This document shows, piece after piece, positions 53,777 to 63,723 of a DNA stretch of 64,000 nt. Both the position numbers and the translations under genes were made by a program. Origin of the DNA: Candidatus Multivorans sp. (GTDB lineage: Bacteria > Acidobacteriota > Thermoanaerobaculia > Multivoradales > Multivoraceae); contig OZ245033.1 of NCBI GenBank assembly GCA_965224025.1, positions 448,001-512,000 of the forward strand. The letters run 5' to 3'. Numbering within the stretch: position 1 is the stretch's first letter; the number at the start of each line of letters is the position of its first letter. Below the pieces are notes generated by a model. It saw only the letters and a list, made by a program, of their open reading frames with translations. It was not told the origin of the DNA and ran no database searches.

Positions 53777-56700
53777 TCAGTGGGACTGGACTTCGATCGC
53801 CAGGGCGAAGGCCTGACCCTCGATCGGAGCGTCTTCCAGGCCATCCGGTCTTTCGCCTTTTGTGGCCTGGAAGTTGACGGCCAGGGTCTCTCCGCGGATC
53901 CACTCCCGGTGAGCCTCGATGGCCCGTTCGATCTCGTCGTTCGCCCGGTAGCGCACGGCGATGCGGTCGGCGTAGTCGAGGTCGGCGGCGCGGCGCCGGT
54001 TCTGGACCCGGTGGACGACCTCGCGCGCGAGGCCCTCGGCGATCAGGTCGTCGTCCAGGTCGACGTCGAGGGCGACCAGCAGCTCGCTGTCCCCATGCAC
54101 GGCGATCCCGGGACGCTCTTCGAGCCGTACCTCGACCTCGTGCGGTTCGAGGTACGCGGTGTCGCCCTCGAGGTCAATCGCGATGCGCCCGTGGCTGTCG
54201 AGTTCCCGCTTCAGGTCGGCGCCGTTTCGGGCCGCGAGGGCGGCGCGCACGCCCGGCATGGCGCGACCGAACCGGGGGCCGCACTTCGGGTAGTGCGGCA
54301 CCACGTCGAAGGACACGTACTCGGAACTATCGGCGGCCCAGCGGACCTCGTGCACGTTCAGTTCGTCCGAGACGAGGTCGACGTAGGGCTCGACCAGGGA
54401 TTCGAGTTCCGGATCGGCGCTCACCAGGGTGACGGAGCGGAGCGGCTGGCGGATCTTGACGCTGTTCGCGTTGCGCGCGGAGCGACCGTTGCGCGCTACG
54501 CGCAGCACCGTGGCCATCGCCGCTTCGAGCCGGTCGTCGACCCGGTCCGCGGGCGCTTCGGGCCACGACTCGAGGTGGCAACTGACCGCGCCCCTGCCCT
54601 GGCTCGAAAGCAGCCGGCGGTGCAGCTCCTCGGCGACGAAGGGCACGAAGGGCGCGATCAGGAGGCGCAGCGTGGTCAGGACTTCGTACAGAGTCTGGTA
54701 AGCGCTCTCCTTCTCGGTGGCCTTCCCGCCGGCGCCCGGCGCCTCGTTGGGCGCCCAGAACCGGTCGCGGCTGCGACGGATGTACCAGTTCGTCAACTCG
54801 TCGAGAAACGTCTCGATGCCGCGGGCGGCGGGCGCCGTGCTGTAGCCGCGGAGATGGTCGGTCGTGGTTCGAACGAGCCGGTAGAGACGGAGCAGGATCC
54901 AGCGGTCGAGCTGAGCCCGTTCGGCAAAGGAGATCTCGGGCCCGCCCGGCCTCCAGCCGTCGAGGTTGGCGTAGATGGTGAAGAAGGACAGCGCGTTCCA
55001 CATGGGCAGCAGGAAGGTTTGCGCCGCTTCCCGCGCCAGGCGGGCCGAGAAACGGGACGGCTGCTCCGGGTTGTTGACGCAGAAGTACCAGCGCAGGGCG
55101 TCGGCGCCGGTCTCGGCCAGCACCTCCATCGGTTCGACCACGTTGCCGAGGCGCTTCGACATCTTGCGGCCGTTCTCGTCGTTGACGTGACCGAGGACGA
55201 TGCAGTTGCGATAGGCCGGGCTGTCGAACAGCAGGCAGCCGAGAACGTGCAGGGTGTAGAACCAGCCCCGGGTCTGGTCGACCGCCTCGGAGATGAAGTC
55301 CGCGGGGAAGCGGGAACGGAAGGTCTCGCGGTTCTCGAATGGGTAGTGGTACTGCGCGAAGGGCATGGCGCCGGAATCGAACCAGGCGTCGATCACGTAC
55401 TCGACCCGCTTCATGGCGCCGGAACAGCCGGCGCCGCCGCATGACCAGTGGAAGTCGTCGTCGATGAAGGGCCGGTGGGGATCGAAGTGCGAGCGGTCGT
55501 AGGGGTCTTCCGGCAGCGTTCGCCCGGCGCGGCGGAAGAGCTCCTCGAAGGAACCGACGACCTCGGTCTCGCCGCAGTCGCCGCACTTCCAGACCGGCAG
55601 GGGCGTGCCCCAGTAGCGGCTGCGCGACAGGGCCCAGTCGACGACGTTCTCGAGCCAGTCGCCGAAGCGTCCCTGCCCGACATGCTCCGGATGCCAGTGG
55701 ATCTCGCGGTTCTTCTCGATCAACCGGTCGCGGGCCGCGGTGGTGCGCACGAACCAGCTCGTCGTCGCGTAGTAGAGCAGCGGCTGGTCGCAGCGCCAGC
55801 AGAAGGGGTAGCTGTGGCCGTGCCGTTCGCCGTGGAGCAGGCGGCCCCGCTGCCGCAGCGAGCGGACGATCTTCGGGTCGGCGTCCTTGAACCAGTCGCC
55901 GTTGATCTCGTCGACCAGGGACCGGATGGAAGAATCTTCGGAACTTGCGCCGGCGTCGAGCGCGACCCGGCCCTCTGCGTCGACCGCTTGCAGTTCAGGC
56001 AGACCGTACTCGCGGCCGCTGCGCTCGTCGTCCTCGCCGAACAGGGGCGCCGTGTGGACCGCGCCGGTGCCCTCTGCCCGAGTGACGTAGTCGGCGAGCA
56101 GGATGCGGAAACCAGCCGTGTCCGACACCTCGGCGGGCCGGTACGGGCGGCTCGGTTCGACGGGGAACGGCCGGTCGTAGAGCAGGCCCTTCAGGGCATG
56201 GCCGGAGAAGCGGGCCACCGTCGCCGCTTCGCGCAAATCGATGCGGGTCGGCTTGCCGTCGCCGGGAACGAGCGCCGGGACCGGTCGCTCGAGGCCCTCC
56301 GCGATCAGCAGCAGCCGCTCCGGATCGCCGGGGTCCGCCACCGCGCGGTACGTCAGTTCGGGATGCACCGCGATCCCGGCGTGGGAAAGCAGCGTCCAGG
56401 GCGTGGTCGTCCAGGCCACGATGGCGATCGGCCGGTCGGTGCTGAACGCCGCGCTGCCGTCCGCCTCGTCGCCGATCACGGAAAGCGTCTGCCCGGGCCG
56501 CAGCGGGAAGCGCACCCAGATCGACGGGTCCTCCGTGTCGCGGTAGTTCTGGGCCACCTCGTGACTCGACAGCGTGGTGCCGCAGCGGGCGCAGTAGGGC
56601 TGGATCTTCCGGCCCTCGTAGAGCAGGTCCTGCCGCCAGAGCTCGGCGAGCGCCCACCACACCGACTCGATGTAGGTGTTCCTGTAGGTCACGTAGGCGC

Positions 56701-57154
56701 CGTCCATGTCGAGCCAGTAGCCGACCCGATCGGTCATCCGCCGCCACTGCCGTTCGTAGGCGCTGACGCTCTCGAGGCAGGCGCGGTTGAACTTCTCGAT
56801 CCCGTAGTCCTCGATCTGCTGCTTGCCGGAGAAGCCGAGTTGCTTCTCGACCTCGATCTCCACCGGCAGGCCGTGCGTGTCCCAACCGCCCTTGCGGGGC
56901 ACGCGCCGCCCGGTCATCGTGCGGAACCGGGGGTAGAGGTCCTTGACCACGCGAGTGACGACGTGGCCGACGTGCGGCACGTTGTTGGCGGTCGGCGGAC
57001 CCTCGTAGAACGAGAACTCGCGCTCGTCGTCGCCGCCCGACGCGAGAGAGGCCTCGAACACTCTTTCGCGCCGCCAGAACTCAAGCGTCTCGCGCTCGAG
57101 CTCCGGAAAGGGATAGCCGCCCGGGACGGACGGAAACGCTGGATCCCTGGACAC
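53777..57154 (-). CDS. ileS: Isoleucine--tRNA ligase (type 2)
   Basis: EGPPTAN..PHVGH, GWDTHGLPVE, WTTTPWT, KMSKR; C-terminal EGLAREVVHRVQ and no terminal zinc finger. Confidence 0.96.
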   Translation of the reverse strand: MSRDPAFPSVPGGYPFPELERETLEFWRRERVFEASLASGGDDEREFSFYEGPPTANNVPHVGHVVTRVVKDLYPRFRTMTGRRVPRKGGWDTHGLPVEIEVEKQLGFSGKQQIEDYGIEKFNRACLESVSAYERQWRRMTDRVGYWLDMDGAYVTYRNTYIESVWWALAELWRQDLLYEGRKIQPYCARCGTTLSSHEVAQNYRDTEDPSIWVRFPLRPGQTLSVIGDEADGSAAFSTDRPIAIVAWTTTPWTLLSHAGIAVHPELTYRAVADPGDPERLLLIAEGLERPVPALVPGDGKPTRIDLREAATVARFSGHALKGLLYDRPFPVEPSRPYRPAEVSDTAGFRILLADYVTRAEGTGAVHTAPLFGEDDERSGREYGLPELQAVDAEGRVALDAGASSEDSSIRSLVDEINGDWFKDADPKIVRSLRQRGRLLHGERHGHSYPFCWRCDQPLLYYATTSWFVRTTAARDRLIEKNREIHWHPEHVGQGRFGDWLENVVDWALSRSRYWGTPLPVWKCGDCGETEVVGSFEELFRRAGRTLPEDPYDRSHFDPHRPFIDDDFHWSCGGAGCSGAMKRVEYVIDAWFDSGAMPFAQYHYPFENRETFRSRFPADFISEAVDQTRGWFYTLHVLGCLLFDSPAYRNCIVLGHVNDENGRKMSKRLGNVVEPMEVLAETGADALRWYFCVNNPEQPSRFSARLAREAAQTFLLPMWNALSFFTIYANLDGWRPGGPEISFAERAQLDRWILLRLYRLVRTTTDHLRGYSTAPAARGIETFLDELTNWYIRRSRDRFWAPNEAPGAGGKATEKESAYQTLYEVLTTLRLLIAPFVPFVAEELHRRLLSSQGRGAVSCHLESWPEAPADRVDDRLEAAMATVLRVARNGRSARNANSVKIRQPLRSVTLVSADPELESLVEPYVDLVSDELNVHEVRWAADSSEYVSFDVVPHYPKCGPRFGRAMPGVRAALAARNGADLKRELDSHGRIAIDLEGDTAYLEPHEVEVRLEERPGIAVHGDSELLVALDVDLDDDLIAEGLAREVVHRVQNRRRAADLDYADRIAVRYRANDEIERAIEAHREWIRGETLAVNFQATKGERPDGLEDAPIEGQAFALAIEVQSH

Positions 57155-57195
57155 GGCGTGCGGGCGTTTCGAAGGCGCCGGGGTGGATGCCCCGA

Positions 57196-58209
57196 TCAGG
57201 CGGCGAAACGCTGGCGCTCGATGAACGCCGTAAGCGCCGCCGCGAACTTGGCCGGCCGTTCGACGTGGGGCAGATTGCGGCAGCCGTCGAAGACCTCCAG
57301 GTCGGCCTTCGGCAGCTCCTGGAGCCAGAGATCGGCAGTCTCGAGCGACGGATGAGTGGCCTGACGGCCCCATGCCAGCCACAACGGCTGCTGGAGCTCG
57401 GCGCCGAAACCGGCTTCGAGCTGGTGGCCGAGCCGGCCGCAGAGGCTATCGGTCAGGGCGTGATTGGCGCCGGGCAGGTGACTGGCGCGGTACATCGCCT
57501 CGACCGCCGCTTCGCCGAGTCCCTCGGCCCCGAACATGGTCTCGCGACGCAGGTGAGTCTCCAGAGCCCGCCGGCCGGTCACCAGGTTGAGTGCCGAGGT
57601 GCCGAGCAGGGGAGCTCGCAGGAGCGTGTGAAGGACGGGGTCGCCGCGGTCCTGGATGACGTCGGCGCCCAGGCCCTGAGGTGCGATGAGCGCCAGTGCG
57701 GCGACCCGTTGGGGCGCATCCAGGGCCACCCGGACGGCGTATGCGGCGGCGCGGTGAGGGGCGACGAGTATCACCGGTTCGCCGATGACCTCTTCCAGGA
57801 AGCGGTCGAGCAGTTCGATGTAGAGCTCGGCCGTGTAGCGCTGGGCCCTGCGCTCCGAGTCGCCCCAGCCGAGCCAGTCGGGGACGAAGCAGTCGTGGCC
57901 GCCTGCGAGGCGCTCCGCCGCTTCCCGCCAGAGGAGCCCGGTGTGGCCGGGTCCGAAAGTGTGTAGCAGAACCATCGGCGGCGCGGCGCCCTGGCCGGCA
58001 CGGGGCATGTGGATGAAGGCGAGCCGCTGACCGTCGATCTCGATGTGCCGGGTGGCGCCCCACCGGGGTCGGGGCAACCGCGCGGCCCGGCGCGCGACCA
58101 CCGCGTTGATCACGGCGGGCGCCCCGAGCGCCACCCCGCCCAGAAGCAGGCCGCGGGTCACGCGGCGCCTGCGAAGACGCTTCAGTTCCTGATCGGCGGA
58201 GCGTGCCAT
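57196..58209 (-). CDS. Alpha/beta fold hydrolase-like protein
   Basis: PDWLGWGDS, LAWGRQA, LPHVERP; N-terminal membrane anchor. Confidence 0.82.
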   Translation of the reverse strand: MARSADQELKRLRRRRVTRGLLLGGVALGAPAVINAVVARRAARLPRPRWGATRHIEIDGQRLAFIHMPRAGQGAAPPMVLLHTFGPGHTGLLWREAAERLAGGHDCFVPDWLGWGDSERRAQRYTAELYIELLDRFLEEVIGEPVILVAPHRAAAYAVRVALDAPQRVAALALIAPQGLGADVIQDRGDPVLHTLLRAPLLGTSALNLVTGRRALETHLRRETMFGAEGLGEAAVEAMYRASHLPGANHALTDSLCGRLGHQLEAGFGAELQQPLWLAWGRQATHPSLETADLWLQELPKADLEVFDGCRNLPHVERPAKFAAALTAFIERQRFAA

Positions 58210-58251
58210 GTCGCGGACAATAACAGTGCGGACGGTGTGCATAATGGCTCA

Positions 58252-58725
58252 GTGGCGTTCGAGATAGTCGTGGTCTGGGTTGGTCGCCGGCGTGAGCCTT
58301 GGGAGTCCCTCTGCGGCGACTACCGGCAGCGGATCCAGAGGTTGGTTCCGGTACGCGAGCAAGTAGTGCGCCCGGCGCGTGGGGACGACCGGACTCGAGT
58401 CCGGCTCGAGGGGAACGCGATCCGCGCCGCCCTGTCCCCGGAGACCTGGACGGTGTGCCTCGACCGGAAGGGCCGGAACCTGAACTCGCGCGGCCTCGCG
58501 GTGGAGATCGGGCGGCTGCGTACCGAGTGGCGCCGGCCGGTCGCGTGGATCGTCGGGTCCGATCTGGGCCTCGATCACAAGTTGCTGAAGTCGTCCCGTT
58601 TGCGGCTTTCGCTGGGGCCTCTGACTCTCCCCCACGAACTCGCCCGGTTGACCCTTTTCGAGCAGATCTACCGCTCTTTCACCATTCTCGAGGGAATCAA
58701 CTATCATCGGCAGCCGTTTCACTGA
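58252..58725 (+). CDS. rlmH: 23S rRNA pseudouridine-1915 N3-methyltransferase
   Basis: LDRKG, VGSDLG, LTLPHELARLTLFEQIYR...YHR. Confidence 0.93.
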   Translation: MAFEIVVVWVGRRREPWESLCGDYRQRIQRLVPVREQVVRPARGDDRTRVRLEGNAIRAALSPETWTVCLDRKGRNLNSRGLAVEIGRLRTEWRRPVAWIVGSDLGLDHKLLKSSRLRLSLGPLTLPHELARLTLFEQIYRSFTILEGINYHRQPFH

Positions 58726-58745
58726 GCCGCGTGAGGGAAAAAGAA

Positions 58746-60464
58746 GTGGCTAGCGCGGACGAGAGCGCCCGGAGCGGCGGAGCAGACGACAGGAAGGATC
58801 AGGCTGCCGCCAAGGCTCGCCCGCTCGAGGCCGAACAGGCTGCGGCGAAGAAGGCTGCGGCCGAAGCGAGGCGCAAGGCGGCTGCAGCCGAGCGCGCGGC
58901 GAAGTCCGCTGCCGAGAAGAAGGCGGCGGCTCAGCAGGCCGCTCGGGCGGAGAGATCGTCGTCGGCCGCCGCCGCCAGAGCGGAAAAGGTCGCCGAGACC
59001 AGGAAGGCGGCTGCCGCGGCTGCCGTCAAGGCCGCGACGGAACGCCGCGCTGCCGTGAGGAAGGCGAAGAGAGCGGTTGCAGCGGGAAACACGGCCGCGG
59101 AGAAGGCAGCCGCCGCCGCCGCCGCGCGTAAGTCGGCCGCGCAGCAGGCTGCGAAGGACGAGAAGACCACGGCCGCGCTGGTTCTGAGGGCTGAGCAGGA
59201 GGCCGAGGCGCGGAGGGCGGCGCAGGACGAGGCGGTCAAGAAGGCTGCCGAGTTGTCGCGTTTGGCGAAGGCGGCGGCCGGGCGCCTGCGTACCGCGGAA
59301 ACGACCGCGAAGCGAGCGGATCGTGAGGCCGCTGCCAAGGCCGCGGCCGCTGCCAAGGCCGCTCTGGAGGCTGCCGAGAGCAGAGCGGCGCTCGAGGAAG
59401 CCCGGAGCACCGAAGCTGCGGAGCGTGAAGCCGCCGACACCGCCATGACCGCCGCGGTGGAGGAGAAGGAGGCGGCGAAAATTGCGACTCGTGACGCCGC
59501 TGCCTGCAGGTCCGCGGCGGTGCGAGCAGAACGCAAGGCCGTCAGCACCTCCGAGCTCGCAGCCAAGGGACGGAAGGAAGCCACCGCCCGGAAGAAGGAA
59601 GCCGCGCAGTCGGCGAGACTTGCCGTGAGGACGGGCGCCGCTGCCGAGAAGGCCGCGAAGTTGGCGGCCGACCGCAAGGCGGCGGCTCAGGCGGCGGCCA
59701 AGGACTCCGCGGCAAAGGGAGTCGTGGCGCGCAAGGCCGCACGCACTGCGGCGGCCCGCGCAGGGGCGCTGCAGAAGGCGACCAAGGCCGCGGCCGCGGC
59801 CAAGGTCGCGGCCCGAGAGGCTCAGCGGGCTGCCGCGGCCGCCGAGAAGCGGGTGGCCAAGGCCCGGGCGGCGGAGGAAGCCGAGGCGAAGAGGCCTGAG
59901 GTGGAGGCAGCCGCCGCAGCGGAAACCGCCGTCAGGGAGGCTGCCGAACGGGAAGCCGCGCGGCGGCTCGCGGCCAAGCAACGGCTGGCCAGGAAAAAGG
60001 CGGCTCAGAAGAAAGCGCCTCCGAGGAAAGCGCCGACGCTGCTCCTCAGGCCGCAGCGCACGGGCGACGGCCGGGGGAACAACTCTCTTCTCAAGAGCGC
60101 CGACATCGACATGGAGTTGGTGCGGGAGCGGCTGGAGGAGAAGCGGCGGGAGCTGTTCGGTCGCTACAACCGTGACCTCCATGCCGGCCTGAAGGCGTCG
60201 TCGGGCGAAGGGTCGGAGGATCTCGTCGACCGGGCGAACCACGCCTACAGCCGGGAGTTGAACTTCTCACTGTCGGACAGCGACGGCATTCTGCTCAAGC
60301 GGATCGACGAGGCGACGATCCGTCTCGACGACGGCAGCTTCGGGGTCTGCGTCCACTGCCACGCTGAAGTCGGCCGCGCCCGCCTCGAAGCGGTGCCCTG
60401 GGCCTCCTATTGCATCAACTGCCAGGAACTCGAGGAGAAGGGTCGGCTTCCGAGAGAAGAGTGA
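58746..60464 (+). CDS. dksA: DksA/TraR C4 zinc-finger protein with a long Ala/Lys-rich N-terminal extension
   Basis: EDLVDRA coiled-coil tip, CVHC...RLEAVPWASYCINC; GAGG RBS before GTG 58746. Confidence 0.82.
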   Translation: MASADESARSGGADDRKDQAAAKARPLEAEQAAAKKAAAEARRKAAAAERAAKSAAEKKAAAQQAARAERSSSAAAARAEKVAETRKAAAAAAVKAATERRAAVRKAKRAVAAGNTAAEKAAAAAAARKSAAQQAAKDEKTTAALVLRAEQEAEARRAAQDEAVKKAAELSRLAKAAAGRLRTAETTAKRADREAAAKAAAAAKAALEAAESRAALEEARSTEAAEREAADTAMTAAVEEKEAAKIATRDAAACRSAAVRAERKAVSTSELAAKGRKEATARKKEAAQSARLAVRTGAAAEKAAKLAADRKAAAQAAAKDSAAKGVVARKAARTAAARAGALQKATKAAAAAKVAAREAQRAAAAAEKRVAKARAAEEAEAKRPEVEAAAAAETAVREAAEREAARRLAAKQRLARKKAAQKKAPPRKAPTLLLRPQRTGDGRGNNSLLKSADIDMELVRERLEEKRRELFGRYNRDLHAGLKASSGEGSEDLVDRANHAYSRELNFSLSDSDGILLKRIDEATIRLDDGSFGVCVHCHAEVGRARLEAVPWASYCINCQELEEKGRLPREE

Positions 60465-61966
60465 AGACCTCTGCTGCGATCGACGCGGCGGTCGAGCGAA
60501 TTGAAGGCGGTGACCGCCAGCCGCTCTACCTGGTGATCGGCGAGCATGTGGTGGCGATGAAGGCGGCGACCCGGATTGCGGGCGCCTTGGCTGCAGGCAG
60601 TGGTTGCGAGGTGGCCGTCCACAAACGGCCGGCCGAACTGCGTCCGATCCTGGCCGATCTGTTGACCTTCTCCCTCTTCGATCCGGCCAAGGTCACCCTG
60701 GTCAGCGACAGCGCGATCTTTGCCGACAAGACCGCCGCCGCCGACCTGATCGACGATGCGGAAGCGGCGCTGCCGGTCACTGCCGGCGCCGCGCTCTCGT
60801 CAGCGGGGAAGGAAGCGGCCGGCCGGCTCCTGCAGGCGCTGCGGCTGTTCAGCATTCCCGGCGGCGCGGGTGCTCCCGATGAGGTGGTCGCATCGTTGCC
60901 CGCTTCGACCCTGGATGGAGGCCTCAAGCACCGCAGGCGCAGCAGGCGCCGGCGAACGAAGAAACAGAAGGGCGAACTGGCCAGGGATCTGGCCGGGCTT
61001 CTCGAAGCCGCGAGAGCCGAGGATCTCATGGGGTGGTCGGACAGCGACCTCGCCGAGCTTGGCCGCATTGTCGATGGCGTTCTGCCGGAGGGCCATGCCC
61101 TCGTGTTCGCCGAACGGCGCGCCGATCGCGCCCACCCTCTCGTTCAGCGGCTGTCCGAGAGGGAGGCCACGTTCGAAGTCGGGGCGCTCGAGTTCGACCG
61201 CCGTGGCGGCGTGGGCGGACTCGACTCCGTGGTCGCCGAGCTGGCGGATGAGACCGGCGTCGGCATCGATCGCGGCGCGGTGCAGGAACTGGCTCGCCGT
61301 ACTCTGCGCAAGACTGCGGGCTGGGGCGAGTCCGAGGTCGACGCCGACTCCGCCGCCCGCTTCGCCGCCGAGTACCGGAAGATCGCCGATGCGGTTCGCG
61401 ATCGGGCGGGCCGGATCGACCGGAGCGCGGTGGAAGAGATGGTGGCCGACCGCGGCGACCAGGACGTCTTCCAACTGCTCGACGCGATCGCGGAGCAGCG
61501 ACCCGCCCAGGCGCTCGCACTCTTCAAGCGGCGGCTCGACAGTTCGCCCGACCGGAACGCCGCCCGGCTCTCCTTCTTCGCCCTGCTGGCCAACTTCTGC
61601 CACCAGTTGGCGGCGGCGCATGGCCTTGCGGTGTCCCTCGACCTTCCGGCAGAGCGCAACTTCAATCGCTTCAAGACGCGGGTCCTGCCGAAGCTGACGG
61701 CCGACCTGCCGGGCGGCGCCGCCAACCCGCTGACGCGGATCCACCCGTTTCGCCTCTTCCGCATCTACCAGGCGGCTTGCGCGCGGCGTGACCCCAGCGC
61801 CTCCCGGGCAATCGCCGGTCTGCCTTGGCGGGTGCTCCAGACGGAAGTGCGGCTCAAGGGCGGCAGCGCCGACGGCGATACGGCGCTGGAGGCTCTGGTC
61901 GCGACGGTGGCGGGCGCCGGGCAGAGGGGACCGGAAGGCGGCTCCGCCCGGCGCCGCGCGTCCTGA
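60461..61966 (+). CDS. holA: DNA polymerase III delta subunit-like protein
   Basis: PLYLVIGE, TFSLF, DVFQLLDAI, EVRLKGG; longer than usual. Confidence 0.7.
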   Translation: MKTSAAIDAAVERIEGGDRQPLYLVIGEHVVAMKAATRIAGALAAGSGCEVAVHKRPAELRPILADLLTFSLFDPAKVTLVSDSAIFADKTAAADLIDDAEAALPVTAGAALSSAGKEAAGRLLQALRLFSIPGGAGAPDEVVASLPASTLDGGLKHRRRSRRRRTKKQKGELARDLAGLLEAARAEDLMGWSDSDLAELGRIVDGVLPEGHALVFAERRADRAHPLVQRLSEREATFEVGALEFDRRGGVGGLDSVVAELADETGVGIDRGAVQELARRTLRKTAGWGESEVDADSAARFAAEYRKIADAVRDRAGRIDRSAVEEMVADRGDQDVFQLLDAIAEQRPAQALALFKRRLDSSPDRNAARLSFFALLANFCHQLAAAHGLAVSLDLPAERNFNRFKTRVLPKLTADLPGGAANPLTRIHPFRLFRIYQAACARRDPSASRAIAGLPWRVLQTEVRLKGGSADGDTALEALVATVAGAGQRGPEGGSARRRAS

Positions 61967-61968
61967 CG

Positions 61969-62793
61969 ATGCCGGAGCTGCCGGAGGTCGAGGTTCTGCG
62001 TCGAAGCCTGGTGCGGCCGCTCGTGGGCGACCGCTTCGAGGAGGTGCGCGTCCACTTCCCGGCCCTGCGCGAACCACTCAGCCCGCCGGCGCTCCGCCGC
62101 CTCGAAGGGCGGACGGTCCGCCGCCTGCGCCGCCGGGCGAAGTACCTGTTGATCGACGCCTCCGGCGGACAGACCCTGGTGCTGCACCTGGGGATGAGCG
62201 GCCGCTTGACCCTGGTCGACCGGGAGGCGCCGCTCGTGGCGCACGAACACCTCGGCTTCGATCTGGCGTCGGGCCGCCGGCTGCGGTTCTGCGATCCGCG
62301 GCGTTTCGGCGTCGCCTTCGTTGCTGCAACCGAGGACCTCGACGGCGACCGGCACTTTCGCCACCTCGGCGTCGAACCCCTGGCGCCGGAGTTCGACGGG
62401 GCTCTTCTTTGGGCGCTGGCCCGTGGCCGCCGCGCCCCGGTCAAGAGCTTCCTGATGGACGCCTCCCTGATCGTGGGCATCGGCAACATTTACACATCGG
62501 AGGCCCTGTACCGCGCGCGGATCCACCCCCGCCGCTCGGTGGCGCGGATTGCCCGCCCGCGATTCGACCGCCTCGCCGCGGCGGTTCGCGCCGTGCTCGG
62601 CGAAGCGATCGAGCAGGGCGGGACGACGCTCAACGACTTCGCCGACGGCGAGGGCAACTCGGGCTACTTCCAGGTCTCGCTCGACGTCTACGGCCGCGAG
62701 GGCGAACCGTGCCCTGCCGGTTGCGGTTTTCCCATCCGCCGGATCGTGATCTCCAACCGCGGCACGTACTACTGCCCGCGCTGCCAGCGGTAG
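61969..62793 (+). CDS. mutM: Formamidopyrimidine-DNA glycosylase
   Basis: MPELPEVE, HLGMSG, GIGNIY, C-terminal zinc finger CPRCQ. Confidence 0.97.
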   Translation: MPELPEVEVLRRSLVRPLVGDRFEEVRVHFPALREPLSPPALRRLEGRTVRRLRRRAKYLLIDASGGQTLVLHLGMSGRLTLVDREAPLVAHEHLGFDLASGRRLRFCDPRRFGVAFVAATEDLDGDRHFRHLGVEPLAPEFDGALLWALARGRRAPVKSFLMDASLIVGIGNIYTSEALYRARIHPRRSVARIARPRFDRLAAAVRAVLGEAIEQGGTTLNDFADGEGNSGYFQVSLDVYGREGEPCPAGCGFPIRRIVISNRGTYYCPRCQR

Positions 62794-62896
62794 GTGCACG
62801 GAGGCAACGTTCCGGAAGCACTCCGTTCGCGGGGGTCCTGCTCCCGGGCCGCGCTGCCGGCGCTCGTCCATGGAGCGCGCGGTGTACGATGCCGGC

Positions 62897-63289
62897 ATGG
62901 GTCATAGCCCGCCCGAGAACCTGCCGGACGCTGTGGCTGCCGCGGCAAGAACAACGGTCGGGCTTGAACTGCTCATCCTGTACGGATCCCGTGCGCGTGG
63001 CGATGCACGCCGCAATGCGGACTGGGACTTCGGCTACGTGGCGGACGAGGCCGCGGGCGTGGCGGGCCTTCTTGCCGCTCTCGTCGAGATTCTCGGTGAC
63101 GACATCGATCTAGTCGACCTGGACCGGACGACCGGTCTTCTGCGCTTCAGGTCCTCCTGCGACGGCGTCCTGGTACACGAAGCGGAGTCCGGTCTGTTCG
63201 ACAGCTATCGGCTCGACGCTGCGAGCTTCTGGTGCGAGAACGCCTCCCTCTTCGAGCAGGGCTACGAAGAGACTCTGGAGGCTCTGTAG
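62897..63289 (+). CDS. Minimal nucleotidyltransferase antitoxin (MntA-like)
   Basis: LYGSRARGDARRNADWD, IDLVDL. Confidence 0.88.
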   Translation: MGHSPPENLPDAVAAAARTTVGLELLILYGSRARGDARRNADWDFGYVADEAAGVAGLLAALVEILGDDIDLVDLDRTTGLLRFRSSCDGVLVHEAESGLFDSYRLDAASFWCENASLFEQGYEETLEAL

Positions 63290-63291
63290 CC

Positions 63292-63723
63292 CTGTCCGTC
63301 CTCGATCGAGCCGTCCTCGCCGAGCGCGTCATGGCGGTTGAGCGTCATCTCGACCGCGTGGCGTACCGACTGCCCGACTCGCCAGACGACTTCCGGCCCT
63401 CGGCCGATGCGTCGGATGCCGTCGTGCTCCATCTCTGGCAAGCGACGCAGATCGTGATCGACGTCGCGATGGGAGCTTGCCTGGCGCTGCGCCTGGGTAC
63501 TCCGCGCAGCTACGGGGATGCGTTTCGGCGCCTTGAGAATGACGGGGTCATCGAGACCGACCTTGCGGACCGCCTCGTCCGGGCCGCGGGATTCCGCAAT
63601 CTCGTCGCGCATGCCTACGAGTCGCTGGACATGGTGCGCGTCCATGAGGCCGCAACGACCGGCCCTGCCGATCTCCTTCGGTTTCTGGCCTGCGTCAGCG
63701 ACTATACGAATCGTCAGAGCTAG
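63292..63723 (+). CDS. HEPN/DUF86 ribonuclease toxin (HepT-like; probable CTG start)
   Basis: GFRNLVAHAY (RX4HXY); follows the MNT gene; GGAGG at 63277..63281. Confidence 0.88.
   Translation: MSVLDRAVLAERVMAVERHLDRVAYRLPDSPDDFRPSADASDAVVLHLWQATQIVIDVAMGACLALRLGTPRSYGDAFRRLENDGVIETDLADRLVRAAGFRNLVAHAYESLDMVRVHEAATTGPADLLRFLACVSDYTNRQS

Noticed and set aside
58299-58745. Extended N-terminus of the DksA ORF
   Set aside because: Overlaps rlmH out of frame; an RBS and GTG are present at 58746
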